Below the pieces are notes generated by a model. It saw nothing but the letters and a program-made list of their open reading frames with translations, did not search any database and had not been told where the DNA came from. This document shows positions 48,161 through 56,219 of a stretch of DNA of 64,000 bases, piece after piece. Position 1 is the stretch's first letter. Every line of letters starts with the position of its first letter. Location: positions 144,808-208,807 of the IMG/VR virus record IMGVR_UViG_3300042566_001512. One strand, given 5' to 3'. Both the position numbers and the translations under genes were made by a program.

Positions 48161-48358
48161 ATGAAACCAGAATCAGAACGCACCCTAGTAACTGTGGCAA
48201 ATGCCATTTGCCTGGTCACAGAGGTTATCAAAGAAGTAGCTGGCGTGGACGTGGCAGATCGCTTATCTGGAGCACCGGTGAGCGATGAAACGTACGCCAC
48301 TTTAGTGGCCAGCGAAATAAACAAAAACATTGTAGCCGCTAAACTACCTGGAGCATAA
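48161..48358 (+). CDS. small hypothetical protein in vRNAP/head operon
   Basis: 65 aa; AAGGT SD; position between vRNAP beta and the head protein as in related jumbo phages. Confidence 0.65.
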   Translation: MKPESERTLVTVANAICLVTEVIKEVAGVDVADRLSGAPVSDETYATLVASEINKNIVAAKLPGA

Positions 48359-48363
48359 ATAAA

Positions 48364-49818
48364 ATGCTGAGACTTACACACGTTAACGCCGCCAGCCAAA
48401 TCGCCGGTAAACTAGACAGAATGGGTTACAGACTTCTACCTGTAGTCAACACCCCTTTATCGTCCTTAAATTCAGATATAAACGTAGCGTATCCAAGTAA
48501 CGGCGAATCGGATTTTACCCCCGATCACAAGTCCTATGTCGATTACGCTAACGCCCCCACGCCTGGTCAAGATGTGTCTGTTTATATCTCCAACATGGAG
48601 ACCACTGCCAGAACTATTGCTGGTTATGTTCAATCGCACCTTAGTTTTGCTAAGAACGTAGTCAAGCCAATAATAACCGAGTTTGTAGAAGTGTTCTCCG
48701 ATAGAACGAGCGCTTTGAACGTAACGCCCAGTTCGGGTCTTTCTATTGTTAAATTGGATTTACCTGCTCCGATGATGCAATCGGACATACAAGATCTAAT
48801 TTCCGAATATTCCACCGTGCAGGCTAGCCCGGGCGATTACGCAATTTTTAAAGGTCCTGAACTCGGCATCGTAGATATCATAGAGCTGATGAAGACAGGT
48901 ATCAAGAATGTCGACGAGGCTATAGACGAATGGGTGGCACTAATAGGCGAGCCCTTCTTTCTCGATGCGTACAATAGATCGTTTGGGAATGGAAAAAGTT
49001 CTTCCCAGGACCCCCCTGTTCTAATAAGTAGGAACGACAGTTCTTGGAATAGCACCCTGGCCGTTTTCCTAATGGCCAACAAACTACACAACAACCCATG
49101 GAAAGACTGTGGGCTGTCGATTGTGGATTACAACGTGGCTGTAGCAAAAATACGCGACGACGCCGGAAGCACACTTTTTGGCATTTACTCCATATTTGAG
49201 AGTTATGTTAAAACTCAGACTCTGGTGAGGACTTCTTTTGGTAACAAGATTACTGTAGTGGCTCCCGTTTACGAAAATTGGATTGCAGAAGGAAATAGCG
49301 ACGCTGTTCTTTATAGCACCCTCATTACTGCAAAACGACTTAACTTTGTAAACGAGATAAACGAAGCTAAGGTTGATCTTCTCAAAGCGTGGGAACTTCA
49401 CACGGCGATGACCATTAGCACTGAGAGAAATCGTAAATTTGCCACGATGAAGAAGACTCTCTACGATACCGCCTTTGAAATAGTGGAAAGAAACGCCGAC
49501 CCCATTTTCTCGCATCTAAAGAGCGAAGGGGCTAGTACCGACCACGTTCAAATGCAAGAATATAAAACCTTCAAAACTAAGTTTGAGGAATTCTTTGTAG
49601 GTCTACGAGAAGAAGATTTTGTGGACATATGGAAACTGGCAAAAGTTATTGTTTGCGATATGCTGTTTTACTACACTGACGCTGGAGAAATCCTCACAGG
49701 GATAGAGGACGCGTGCAGTACAAACCCAGACCTTAGCGTTGACGAAGCGGCACTGTTGTCCACCGTTGCGTACGTTACAAAGTACGTCTGTAACCAGATG
49801 ACGGTTAGTAAGATTTAA
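48364..49818 (+). CDS. virion head (internal) protein, phiKZ gp177-like
   Basis: 484 aa; synteny vRNAP beta - head protein - gp176-like - protease. Confidence 0.6.
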   Translation: MLRLTHVNAASQIAGKLDRMGYRLLPVVNTPLSSLNSDINVAYPSNGESDFTPDHKSYVDYANAPTPGQDVSVYISNMETTARTIAGYVQSHLSFAKNVVKPIITEFVEVFSDRTSALNVTPSSGLSIVKLDLPAPMMQSDIQDLISEYSTVQASPGDYAIFKGPELGIVDIIELMKTGIKNVDEAIDEWVALIGEPFFLDAYNRSFGNGKSSSQDPPVLISRNDSSWNSTLAVFLMANKLHNNPWKDCGLSIVDYNVAVAKIRDDAGSTLFGIYSIFESYVKTQTLVRTSFGNKITVVAPVYENWIAEGNSDAVLYSTLITAKRLNFVNEINEAKVDLLKAWELHTAMTISTERNRKFATMKKTLYDTAFEIVERNADPIFSHLKSEGASTDHVQMQEYKTFKTKFEEFFVGLREEDFVDIWKLAKVIVCDMLFYYTDAGEILTGIEDACSTNPDLSVDEAALLSTVAYVTKYVCNQMTVSKI

Positions 49819-49821
49819 ACT

Positions 49822-50550
49822 ATGAACATTTTCCGATCATTAACTAGAGATCCCAGCCGAGTAATCCAGACCCTGGTTGAACTAGAAGACGGGAGACTGG
49901 TAACTACAAAGGGATGTAAGATATACATCCCAGCAAGATTCGCAGAACACGATCTAGCTTACTTAGGGGTAAACAACTACATAGTGGGCATTTATGCGAT
50001 AGTGGTGGATGATGAATATTACGGGGTTAGCACCGTTAACGCCATGATAAACATCGATCCAACGGACACTAATAAAATTAAAATGGAAGATCAGGAATAC
50101 GTGGAGTTTGTTTTTAGTCCGGGCTCCACCGTATTTAAATCTCTAGATTTAGTTAAGATAGATGTTTTAACTTATAAAATCTACGATGAAATCTTCTCAA
50201 AAGGACGAGTCCCCTTTTACATGGATTATAACGACATTGGTGGAATTTTTGATACTGCCAAATACCACGCTAATGCCAACCTTGGGGCAACTGGGGAAGT
50301 AACCCAACTTATAGCTTCCATGATAAGTAGAGACCCTAAAGACAAGACTAAGTATTATAGAACGATAATAAAAGAGTTATCGGACGTTAGAAACGTACCG
50401 CCCGCTTTTATCCCACTGCGCAGCGTGGCCTACGCCGCCACAAACACCACTACCAGACTCGGAGGTTCGTATTTCGACAAAGGGGTAGTAAGCGCTCTTG
50501 TAAATCCGGCAGACAGAGTCGAGAGAATCGAGTCACTACTGAAGGCTTAA
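49822..50550 (+). CDS. phiKZ gp176-like protein, probable additional vRNAP subunit
   Basis: 242 aa; GCKIYIPARF, YATNTTTRLGGSYF; immediately upstream of the protease. Confidence 0.65.
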   Translation: MNIFRSLTRDPSRVIQTLVELEDGRLVTTKGCKIYIPARFAEHDLAYLGVNNYIVGIYAIVVDDEYYGVSTVNAMINIDPTDTNKIKMEDQEYVEFVFSPGSTVFKSLDLVKIDVLTYKIYDEIFSKGRVPFYMDYNDIGGIFDTAKYHANANLGATGEVTQLIASMISRDPKDKTKYYRTIIKELSDVRNVPPAFIPLRSVAYAATNTTTRLGGSYFDKGVVSALVNPADRVERIESLLKA

Positions 50551-50669
50551 TTATTCATTTTACCATGTACTGACGGTGTTGCCGTCAGTACATGGTAAAT
50601 TTGACGTAATCGTATAGTTAAACTGTCGTTTTTTATATGTGCACTGATTTTAATCTGTAGGAGCTTTAA

Positions 50670-51422
50670 ATGCAAAAAGTATTATTTTCCTGTTCCACTC
50701 TAGCCGGTACGGGTAAAAAGGGTAACTTAAAAAAAGATGAAAATGGTTATTACACCATGCCTATAGGCGGACTTAATGTGTTCAATAGCATCGGTGATTT
50801 TTACACCTATGAGGACGCCAAGGATTTATTTGCTGGCAGTTCAAACTTCATGAGAAGAGTAAAATCCGGTGCCCTTAAGGGAGAGTACGGTCACCCTAAA
50901 CAGGTGCCTGGTCAGACATACGAACAGTTTGCTGAACGAGTTCTGACCATAGAAGAGAAAAACATTTGTGCTCATTTTTCTGAAATATGGCTGGACTTTG
51001 AAAACGTTCGAGATAAGGACGGAAAAAAGGTCATAGCTATCATGGCCAAGGTAACTCCGTCTGGTCCTATGGGTCAGGCACTTGAGCGGTCTCTTGATAA
51101 CAACAATGAGGACGTGTGCTTTTCTATAAGAAGCTTTACCAGAGACACATACGTAGGCGGAATAAAACATAGAGCCCTGGCTGAAATTGTTACGTGGGAC
51201 TATGTGAACGAACCAGGTATTAATTTCGCCAGAAAGTACGCCTCGCCTTCCCTAGAGAGCCTGGCTGAGCAAACGTTTACAAGAAAAGACCTCCTTAGGG
51301 CGATTAAACAAATGGATAGGGGTATGGGCATGGAGTCCGCCAAAATGACCGGCGTGAACCTATTTAAGAGCCTTGGATGGTCATTTAACGAGAATGAAGT
51401 CCCTAGTTACATGCAGTGGTAA
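50670..51422 (+). CDS. prohead (head maturation) serine protease, phiKZ gp175-like
   Basis: LKGEYGHP, NICAHF, FSIRS (catalytic Ser), TWDYVNEPGI; AGGAG SD. Confidence 0.9.
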   Translation: MQKVLFSCSTLAGTGKKGNLKKDENGYYTMPIGGLNVFNSIGDFYTYEDAKDLFAGSSNFMRRVKSGALKGEYGHPKQVPGQTYEQFAERVLTIEEKNICAHFSEIWLDFENVRDKDGKKVIAIMAKVTPSGPMGQALERSLDNNNEDVCFSIRSFTRDTYVGGIKHRALAEIVTWDYVNEPGINFARKYASPSLESLAEQTFTRKDLLRAIKQMDRGMGMESAKMTGVNLFKSLGWSFNENEVPSYMQW

Positions 51423-51432
51423 GTAATACGTA

Positions 51433-51463
51433 ATAAATGGGAGGCGTTTGCCTCCCATTTATG
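51433..51463. terminator. palindrome after protease
   Basis: ATAAATGGGAGGC-gttt-GCCTCCCATTTAT-G. Confidence 0.65.
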
Positions 51464-51547
51464 CTGACTGTAAAATCTTTAAGTCACATATTCTTTATTT
51501 GCGAACGGAACGGATTCATATATACTGCAAATTAAAAAGGAACAGAC

Positions 51548-51769
51548 ATGCCTAAATTTCTCGTAGAGATCAGTACTAAGTCTTGGATTGAAAACCCGAA
51601 GATTATTTGTTATAAAGAAGTAGAGGCCGCTGAGGAATATGCCGCAAGGCATAAAGCATTTCGTGACTTCGAGAACGATCTCAAATATAAGCCTTCCGTA
51701 AAGAAGATAATGACCCTGAACAATTTGGAAGTATCTGATGTAGCCGCCAGTGATGCGGTAGAACTGTAG
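51548..51769 (+). CDS. small hypothetical early protein
   Basis: 73 aa; AAGGA SD; preceded by AGTCACATATTCT motif at 51482. Confidence 0.7.
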   Translation: MPKFLVEISTKSWIENPKIICYKEVEAAEEYAARHKAFRDFENDLKYKPSVKKIMTLNNLEVSDVAASDAVEL

Positions 51770-51774
51770 AAATC

Positions 51775-51835
51775 CCGATTCCAAATAATTTCAGTCACAT
51801 ATATCTAAGGTGAATAGAAGCAATAGTGTTTCTAT
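51775..51835 (+). promoter_or_regulatory. 61-bp repeat copy 2: putative early promoter + leader hairpin
   Basis: Identical to 22907-22967. Confidence 0.8.
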
Positions 51836-51862
51836 TTCATTCAAAAATATAGGAGCTAATAC

Positions 51863-51970
51863 ATGTTCAAAAATGTTATCATTGCCACTGGCAAGATCGT
51901 CGGAGTGGCAATGGGCGTGGCGATTGGCATGCTGGCTGCGCAAAAAATCACCGAAACCATGAAAAAATAG
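51863..51970 (+). CDS. 35-aa membrane micro-protein (not in ORF track)
   Basis: MFKNVIIATGKIVGVAMGVAIGMLAAQKITETMKK; AGGAG SD; GxxxG-type helix. Confidence 0.75.
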   Translation: MFKNVIIATGKIVGVAMGVAIGMLAAQKITETMKK

Positions 51971-51980
51971 GCTATTCTAA

Positions 51981-52586
51981 ATGATTTTCCCGACCAAGTC
52001 TGCATTCGTGCAGTTTGTAAGAACGTCAAATCTTCCAGTAACTGAGCAAGATGCCCTGATTGAGATCGTTGTGGAACATCACACCGATGGCGAAATCTCA
52101 GTGATCGGAGACTGCGACGACGTGATCGGCTTAACCTTCACGTCAGACCACGATGTTCAGCTGGTGCTGGATATCGGATTTGCAATCATCCGCGCAAGCA
52201 GTTCCCCCCAATCCCCCAGTAAAGTATACGTCACCAAGGAAACCAAAATGAGCGAACAAGCCCAAGCCCAAAACAAAAGCGCCGCCCCCGTCGAAGCCGA
52301 TATGGAGGCAACCCTCGCGATGATGAAGGCAATCATCGACGAGAGTGTGGCCTCCGCTGTGCAAGCAGCTCTGGAGAAGAAAGAAGCCGAGCGCGCGGCA
52401 AAAGAAAATGGCCCCGAGGCCCAAAGAAATGAGCCCACTCAAGCACCGGTGGCCACGCCCGACAAGGGCGGACGGGCCACTGTCATGAGTCCCTGGGCAA
52501 AAGCGGCGGCTTATACCGCTGGAGCGGCAGCGGTGGCGGCCGGTGGCTGGTACGCGTGGAAGAAATTCGGTACTCAGTCCACCTGA
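51981..52586 (+). CDS. C-terminally membrane-anchored protein (internal start at 52248)
   Basis: Ala/Glu helical linker; tail AAAYTAGAAAVAAGGWYAWKK; internal AAGGA-ATG. Confidence 0.7.
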   Translation: MIFPTKSAFVQFVRTSNLPVTEQDALIEIVVEHHTDGEISVIGDCDDVIGLTFTSDHDVQLVLDIGFAIIRASSSPQSPSKVYVTKETKMSEQAQAQNKSAAPVEADMEATLAMMKAIIDESVASAVQAALEKKEAERAAKENGPEAQRNEPTQAPVATPDKGGRATVMSPWAKAAAYTAGAAAVAAGGWYAWKKFGTQST

Positions 52587-52640
52587 TTCAGTAAGTTAAC
52601 AAACAGGAAACGCGGTAAGAGATTGCCGCATTAATCAATC

Positions 52641-52742
52641 ATGAAACGTTCGTTCCTTGCTGGCGCAAAAGTTGGCGCTTTCTTGGCTGGCCTGTCCACG
52701 CCCTTTGGTGTTAGTGGTATGTGCCGCCTCTTGGCTTCGTAA
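52641..52742 (+). CDS. 33-aa hydrophobic micro-protein (not in ORF track)
   Basis: MKRSFLAGAKVGAFLAGLSTPFGVSGMCRLLAS; similar to the next ORF. Confidence 0.55.
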   Translation: MKRSFLAGAKVGAFLAGLSTPFGVSGMCRLLAS

Positions 52743-52754
52743 GGAGTAATAGTA

Positions 52755-52868
52755 ATGGATCTGAAAAACGCCCTAAATAGGGGATTGAAGGTAGGTACCT
52801 TTGTTGCCGCTGCTGTGACACCTGTGGTGGCCGTTCTTGTGATTGCGTCTTGGTTGAAGAGCAACTGA
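52755..52868 (+). CDS. 37-aa membrane micro-protein (not in ORF track)
   Basis: MDLKNALNRGLKVGTFVAAAVTPVVAVLVIASWLKSN; AAGGAG SD; terminator follows. Confidence 0.75.
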   Translation: MDLKNALNRGLKVGTFVAAAVTPVVAVLVIASWLKSN

Positions 52869-52874
52869 CGACAA

Positions 52875-52920
52875 ATACACTGACGGGCATTGCCCGTCAG
52901 TGTATGCTTTTTTTCTTTTC
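52875..52920 (+). terminator. intrinsic terminator
   Basis: ATACACTGACGGGCA-t-TGCCCGTCAGTGTAT then T tract. Confidence 0.8.
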
Positions 52921-52935
52921 CGATTGCAATTTACT

Positions 52936-52954
52936 ACGACTACATATTACTGAT
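52936..52954 (+). promoter_or_regulatory. putative early (vRNAP) promoter
   Basis: ACATATTACTGA contains the phiKZ early-promoter hexamer TATTAC; upstream of 53058. Confidence 0.55.
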
Positions 52955-53057
52955 ACACGGTAGCTACGATTAAAGGGCTTTTTGGTAGTAAAAAAATATA
53001 CGAACCCCTACATCCAGTAGAAGCCGGAGTTTAACCAGTTTAACCAATAGGAGTAAA

Positions 53058-53621
53058 ATGAAAGTTGATTTTAATGGCCAATCTTACAATCTGCGGACGC
53101 TGGTATCTCTAGCTGGGTTCGGTCGACAAGAGGTGGTGCAAAAGACAAACATTTTTGTGGTAGACGGGTCTACTTATAAATGCAAAATACCCGTATGCAC
53201 TATCTACGACGGTAAGACGTACTTGTTAGCCGGAGAATTGCCGGTTAATAAAACCGATGTACAGGTCAGCATTCTAACAAAACACGTATTGAAAAAGGCA
53301 CTCGTCTCTAGTCAAGCATTCCAGCCGGATACCGGTTTCCGGCCACGGCCATTATTTGCGCCTGGCGAAGGTGAGGTGATAGGTGTAGAAGAAATGAGGG
53401 CTATTGCCATGTCGCGGTTAAATGCAAGTCAGCACTTGAACAAACGAAACGGTGCGCACGCAGACTCCTTCGTAAATCGCAGACCGGTAAAAACTCACGC
53501 TGATCAATTCTACCACCACGTCGACGACGGGCACCGTACAAACGGTGGAAGTCCTCAAATTATCGATAAAACCAGATTGGCGCTAAGTATACTTGAGGCA
53601 ACGATCTCCAGAGGGTTCTGA
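53058..53621 (+). CDS. hypothetical protein
   Basis: 187 aa, AGGAG SD. Confidence 0.7.
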   Translation: MKVDFNGQSYNLRTLVSLAGFGRQEVVQKTNIFVVDGSTYKCKIPVCTIYDGKTYLLAGELPVNKTDVQVSILTKHVLKKALVSSQAFQPDTGFRPRPLFAPGEGEVIGVEEMRAIAMSRLNASQHLNKRNGAHADSFVNRRPVKTHADQFYHHVDDGHRTNGGSPQIIDKTRLALSILEATISRGF

Positions 53622-53827
53622 GTTTTATATTCTTTTTGAAAATAAACTCAAACACATATAACTTATGTGTCAGTTAACTAAACGTATATAGAAAGTTAAA
53701 GGATTATTATAGATTATTTACAAATTACTACCGCGCAAGCAGGTAAATTATAAACATCCGCCCGTAATCCGGACTAGCCTAAAAAACAGTCCGTGTCAGT
53801 TTTTTCAACCCAAAAAGGAATAGCAAA

Positions 53828-54289
53828 ATGAAAACCGAAACAAAGAACCAAATCGACATCCTGGCCAGCAAACTTTCTAGCAAAATCGACATCAAAGACG
53901 GAAGCGCCAGCATCAGCGAAGACGCTTACGTTAAATCGTTGCCGGAAGGTCTTGACATCGAGACCGTAAAAAAGCTACAGGATCACAATGCAAACTTCTT
54001 CCCGGCGGTGACTAAGGCGTTCGCAGAAAAGTCTATTGAAGCGATGAAGGCCGACAATAAGATCGAGCAACTAGATCTGTCCGTGCCCATGGTCGGCGAG
54101 GACAAGTTCGATGTCACGTTTAAGCGCTCTTACGAGCACATGGACATCGCTTCGAAAGAAATGAAAAAGAGCTTCGGCGGCATCAGTGCTTCGTTGACAG
54201 TTCAGGCTGCTCGTCACAATCGCGGCGCGATGTCCGCGATCAAAAACGAAATGAAGGCAGCTGCATTGGCTGCGTTTGCAGAAGAGTGA
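53828..54289 (+). CDS. conserved jumbo-phage hypothetical protein, probably highly expressed
   Basis: 153 aa; YVKSLPEGLDIETVKKLQDHN; biased codons; AAGGA SD; own CACATATAACT motif at about 53653 and own terminator. Confidence 0.8.
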   Translation: MKTETKNQIDILASKLSSKIDIKDGSASISEDAYVKSLPEGLDIETVKKLQDHNANFFPAVTKAFAEKSIEAMKADNKIEQLDLSVPMVGEDKFDVTFKRSYEHMDIASKEMKKSFGGISASLTVQAARHNRGAMSAIKNEMKAAALAAFAEE

Positions 54290-54315
54290 GTAAGTAGTAG
54301 ATAACTAACCATTTA

Positions 54316-54362
54316 ATACAGGGTGGATTAATCCACCCTGTATGCTTTATTTTTTTTTTAAA
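54316..54362 (+). terminator. intrinsic terminator
   Basis: ATACAGGGTGGAT-ta-ATCCACCCTGTAT then T tract. Confidence 0.75.
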
Positions 54363-54381
54363 TTTGTGAGGTATTTTTAGT

Positions 54382-55248
54382 ATGAACCAAGAAGATAAAA
54401 CAAACGTAACAGTGGATACTCAGGAAAAACTAGTTAATCTTGGATACGACAGTTTTAAGAAAAGAATATTAAACCACCACGATATGGCTTTGCCAACATG
54501 TAAGTTTACTATATGGGCAAGTCCGGAAATTAGGAGCCTTGTTAATTCAAGAACATCTGAGGGCTTAAGAAGTGGTAAAATAGATTATAAACAAAACGGC
54601 CCTACAGAACCTCTACTTAGAAAAGAGTATGAAACAGAGAAGGTAACTGTAGACGAATTCGTGGACGTGGTAAGAAACGGTGTTTTGCAAATTAAACTTA
54701 AATTCACCTCGCTTAATCAGTCTCTTGTGCATTATAACGAAACCCTGTCTAGAAGATCTATATACTCATGGGGAAACAACGTAAGTATTTCTCATCTAAC
54801 CGACGATTACGAAGCTCAGGGGTTAGAATCTTGGAAATGCAGTATAAATAAATACGGCATAAATACTAAGCTATGGTACCCAGTAAACATAGTAACTAAC
54901 GCACCATGGTACAACCACATGCAGGAGCAAGAGTCTGTTTTTCCTCTAAATTACATATGCTTGGGAATAGACCAGGCGCAGGCTGCCAGAAGCGCAGGTA
55001 TGAGGCTAATGCCTCAGATTGACGACATAACCTGCGTGTCCACTTCTCCTGCTGCCGTTTTGAACAGCGACCTTAAACCCCACGCCGAAGAATACAACGA
55101 CACGGTAATTAACGACGAATACGAATTCGAATCAGAAGACGATAGTGGTTGGTTATTTGTGGCTATAAAAGGATACGTATTCACTCACTCTGTAGAAATA
55201 ATGATAACAGATAAGTATCAGAAAACAAGAGTATTTTCTTTTGTATAA
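54382..55248 (+). CDS. hypothetical protein
   Basis: 288 aa, GAGGT SD. Confidence 0.7.
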   Translation: MNQEDKTNVTVDTQEKLVNLGYDSFKKRILNHHDMALPTCKFTIWASPEIRSLVNSRTSEGLRSGKIDYKQNGPTEPLLRKEYETEKVTVDEFVDVVRNGVLQIKLKFTSLNQSLVHYNETLSRRSIYSWGNNVSISHLTDDYEAQGLESWKCSINKYGINTKLWYPVNIVTNAPWYNHMQEQESVFPLNYICLGIDQAQAARSAGMRLMPQIDDITCVSTSPAAVLNSDLKPHAEEYNDTVINDEYEFESEDDSGWLFVAIKGYVFTHSVEIMITDKYQKTRVFSFV

Positions 55249-55259
55249 AATCGATTGGG

Positions 55260-55291
55260 CATATACCCCGGGTAATTACCCGGGGTATATG
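55260..55291. terminator. bidirectional hairpin between convergent genes
   Basis: CATATACCCCGGGTAATTACCCGGGGTATATG perfect palindrome. Confidence 0.7.
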
Positions 55292-55303
55292 TTTTATGCT
55301 GCG

Positions 55304-56161
55304 TTAAACACGCAAAGCCGTACCGGCAAGATCGTCCATATTACCAGCAAGACCTCTGCCAGTAACGAATACGTCGCTTGCAATGCCTTGAGCAAAAGCT
55401 GGGCGCAGGTTCGGATTGGCATTGTTTAGGTTCAGGCTATTTAGAATAGCCTGAGAAAACATATCAACGCCGATACCGGACTGATAAACGCCGGTAAAGC
55501 CCACGCTCAGTTCGGAAAGATCACCAGCAGCAGTCAAGTCTTTACGACCTTCTATTGCGCCAGTGCCTCTGGGTCGCATGTTAGTACCTAGCCACGACTT
55601 AGCCACTTTACTGTGGGTAGGATCTGGCTCAATGAACAACATGGTAGCCGAAGACATATCGGCCAGCATGTCACTTGGTCTAACAGTGGACAGAGTATTG
55701 ATCATGGGAATCTTGTTATTGGGATCACCCATTAGATAAAGAATCCAGTTTTGGATAAAGGTCTGCATGGGGCGACCATACAGATCAGTAAACCCAAACG
55801 TTACATCGGAACGAGTCCGGGTAACGTTGCTGGTGTCTTCAAATTGTTCACCTGCGCCGCTGACGGCGACCGAAGTGCTTTCGACTTCCAGGCCGGCATT
55901 TAAGCCCTCTATAGTTCTGGCGTGCACCTCCACCATGTTCTTTAGTGCGCTGATCCAGAATTCTGGTTCAGGCAGGTACTGGAAACCCCGAGGGGCTTCC
56001 AAAAGAATGCAGTGAATGTTGCGACGTACATAGTGAGTTTGACTCACCCATTCCGTCAGGTTAGGAGCGTAACCGTTTTGGCCGCCATAGGTCAGGTCCA
56101 GCATGGTTTCTCTACCCCTGGAATAACCACCTTGTAAAATTGCGTCAGCAAGTCGAGACAT
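55304..56161 (-). CDS. tail tube protein (phiKZ gp30-like)
   Basis: LDLTYGGQNGYAPNLTEWVSQTHYVRRN...LLEAPRGF; downstream of sheath. Confidence 0.88.
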   Translation of the reverse strand: MSRLADAILQGGYSRGRETMLDLTYGGQNGYAPNLTEWVSQTHYVRRNIHCILLEAPRGFQYLPEPEFWISALKNMVEVHARTIEGLNAGLEVESTSVAVSGAGEQFEDTSNVTRTRSDVTFGFTDLYGRPMQTFIQNWILYLMGDPNNKIPMINTLSTVRPSDMLADMSSATMLFIEPDPTHSKVAKSWLGTNMRPRGTGAIEGRKDLTAAGDLSELSVGFTGVYQSGIGVDMFSQAILNSLNLNNANPNLRPAFAQGIASDVFVTGRGLAGNMDDLAGTALRV

Positions 56162-56219
56162 ATCTCAATCCTCTATCTTGTTAAATGTTAAAAAATTATC
56201 CGTTTTATATTCGACTATT

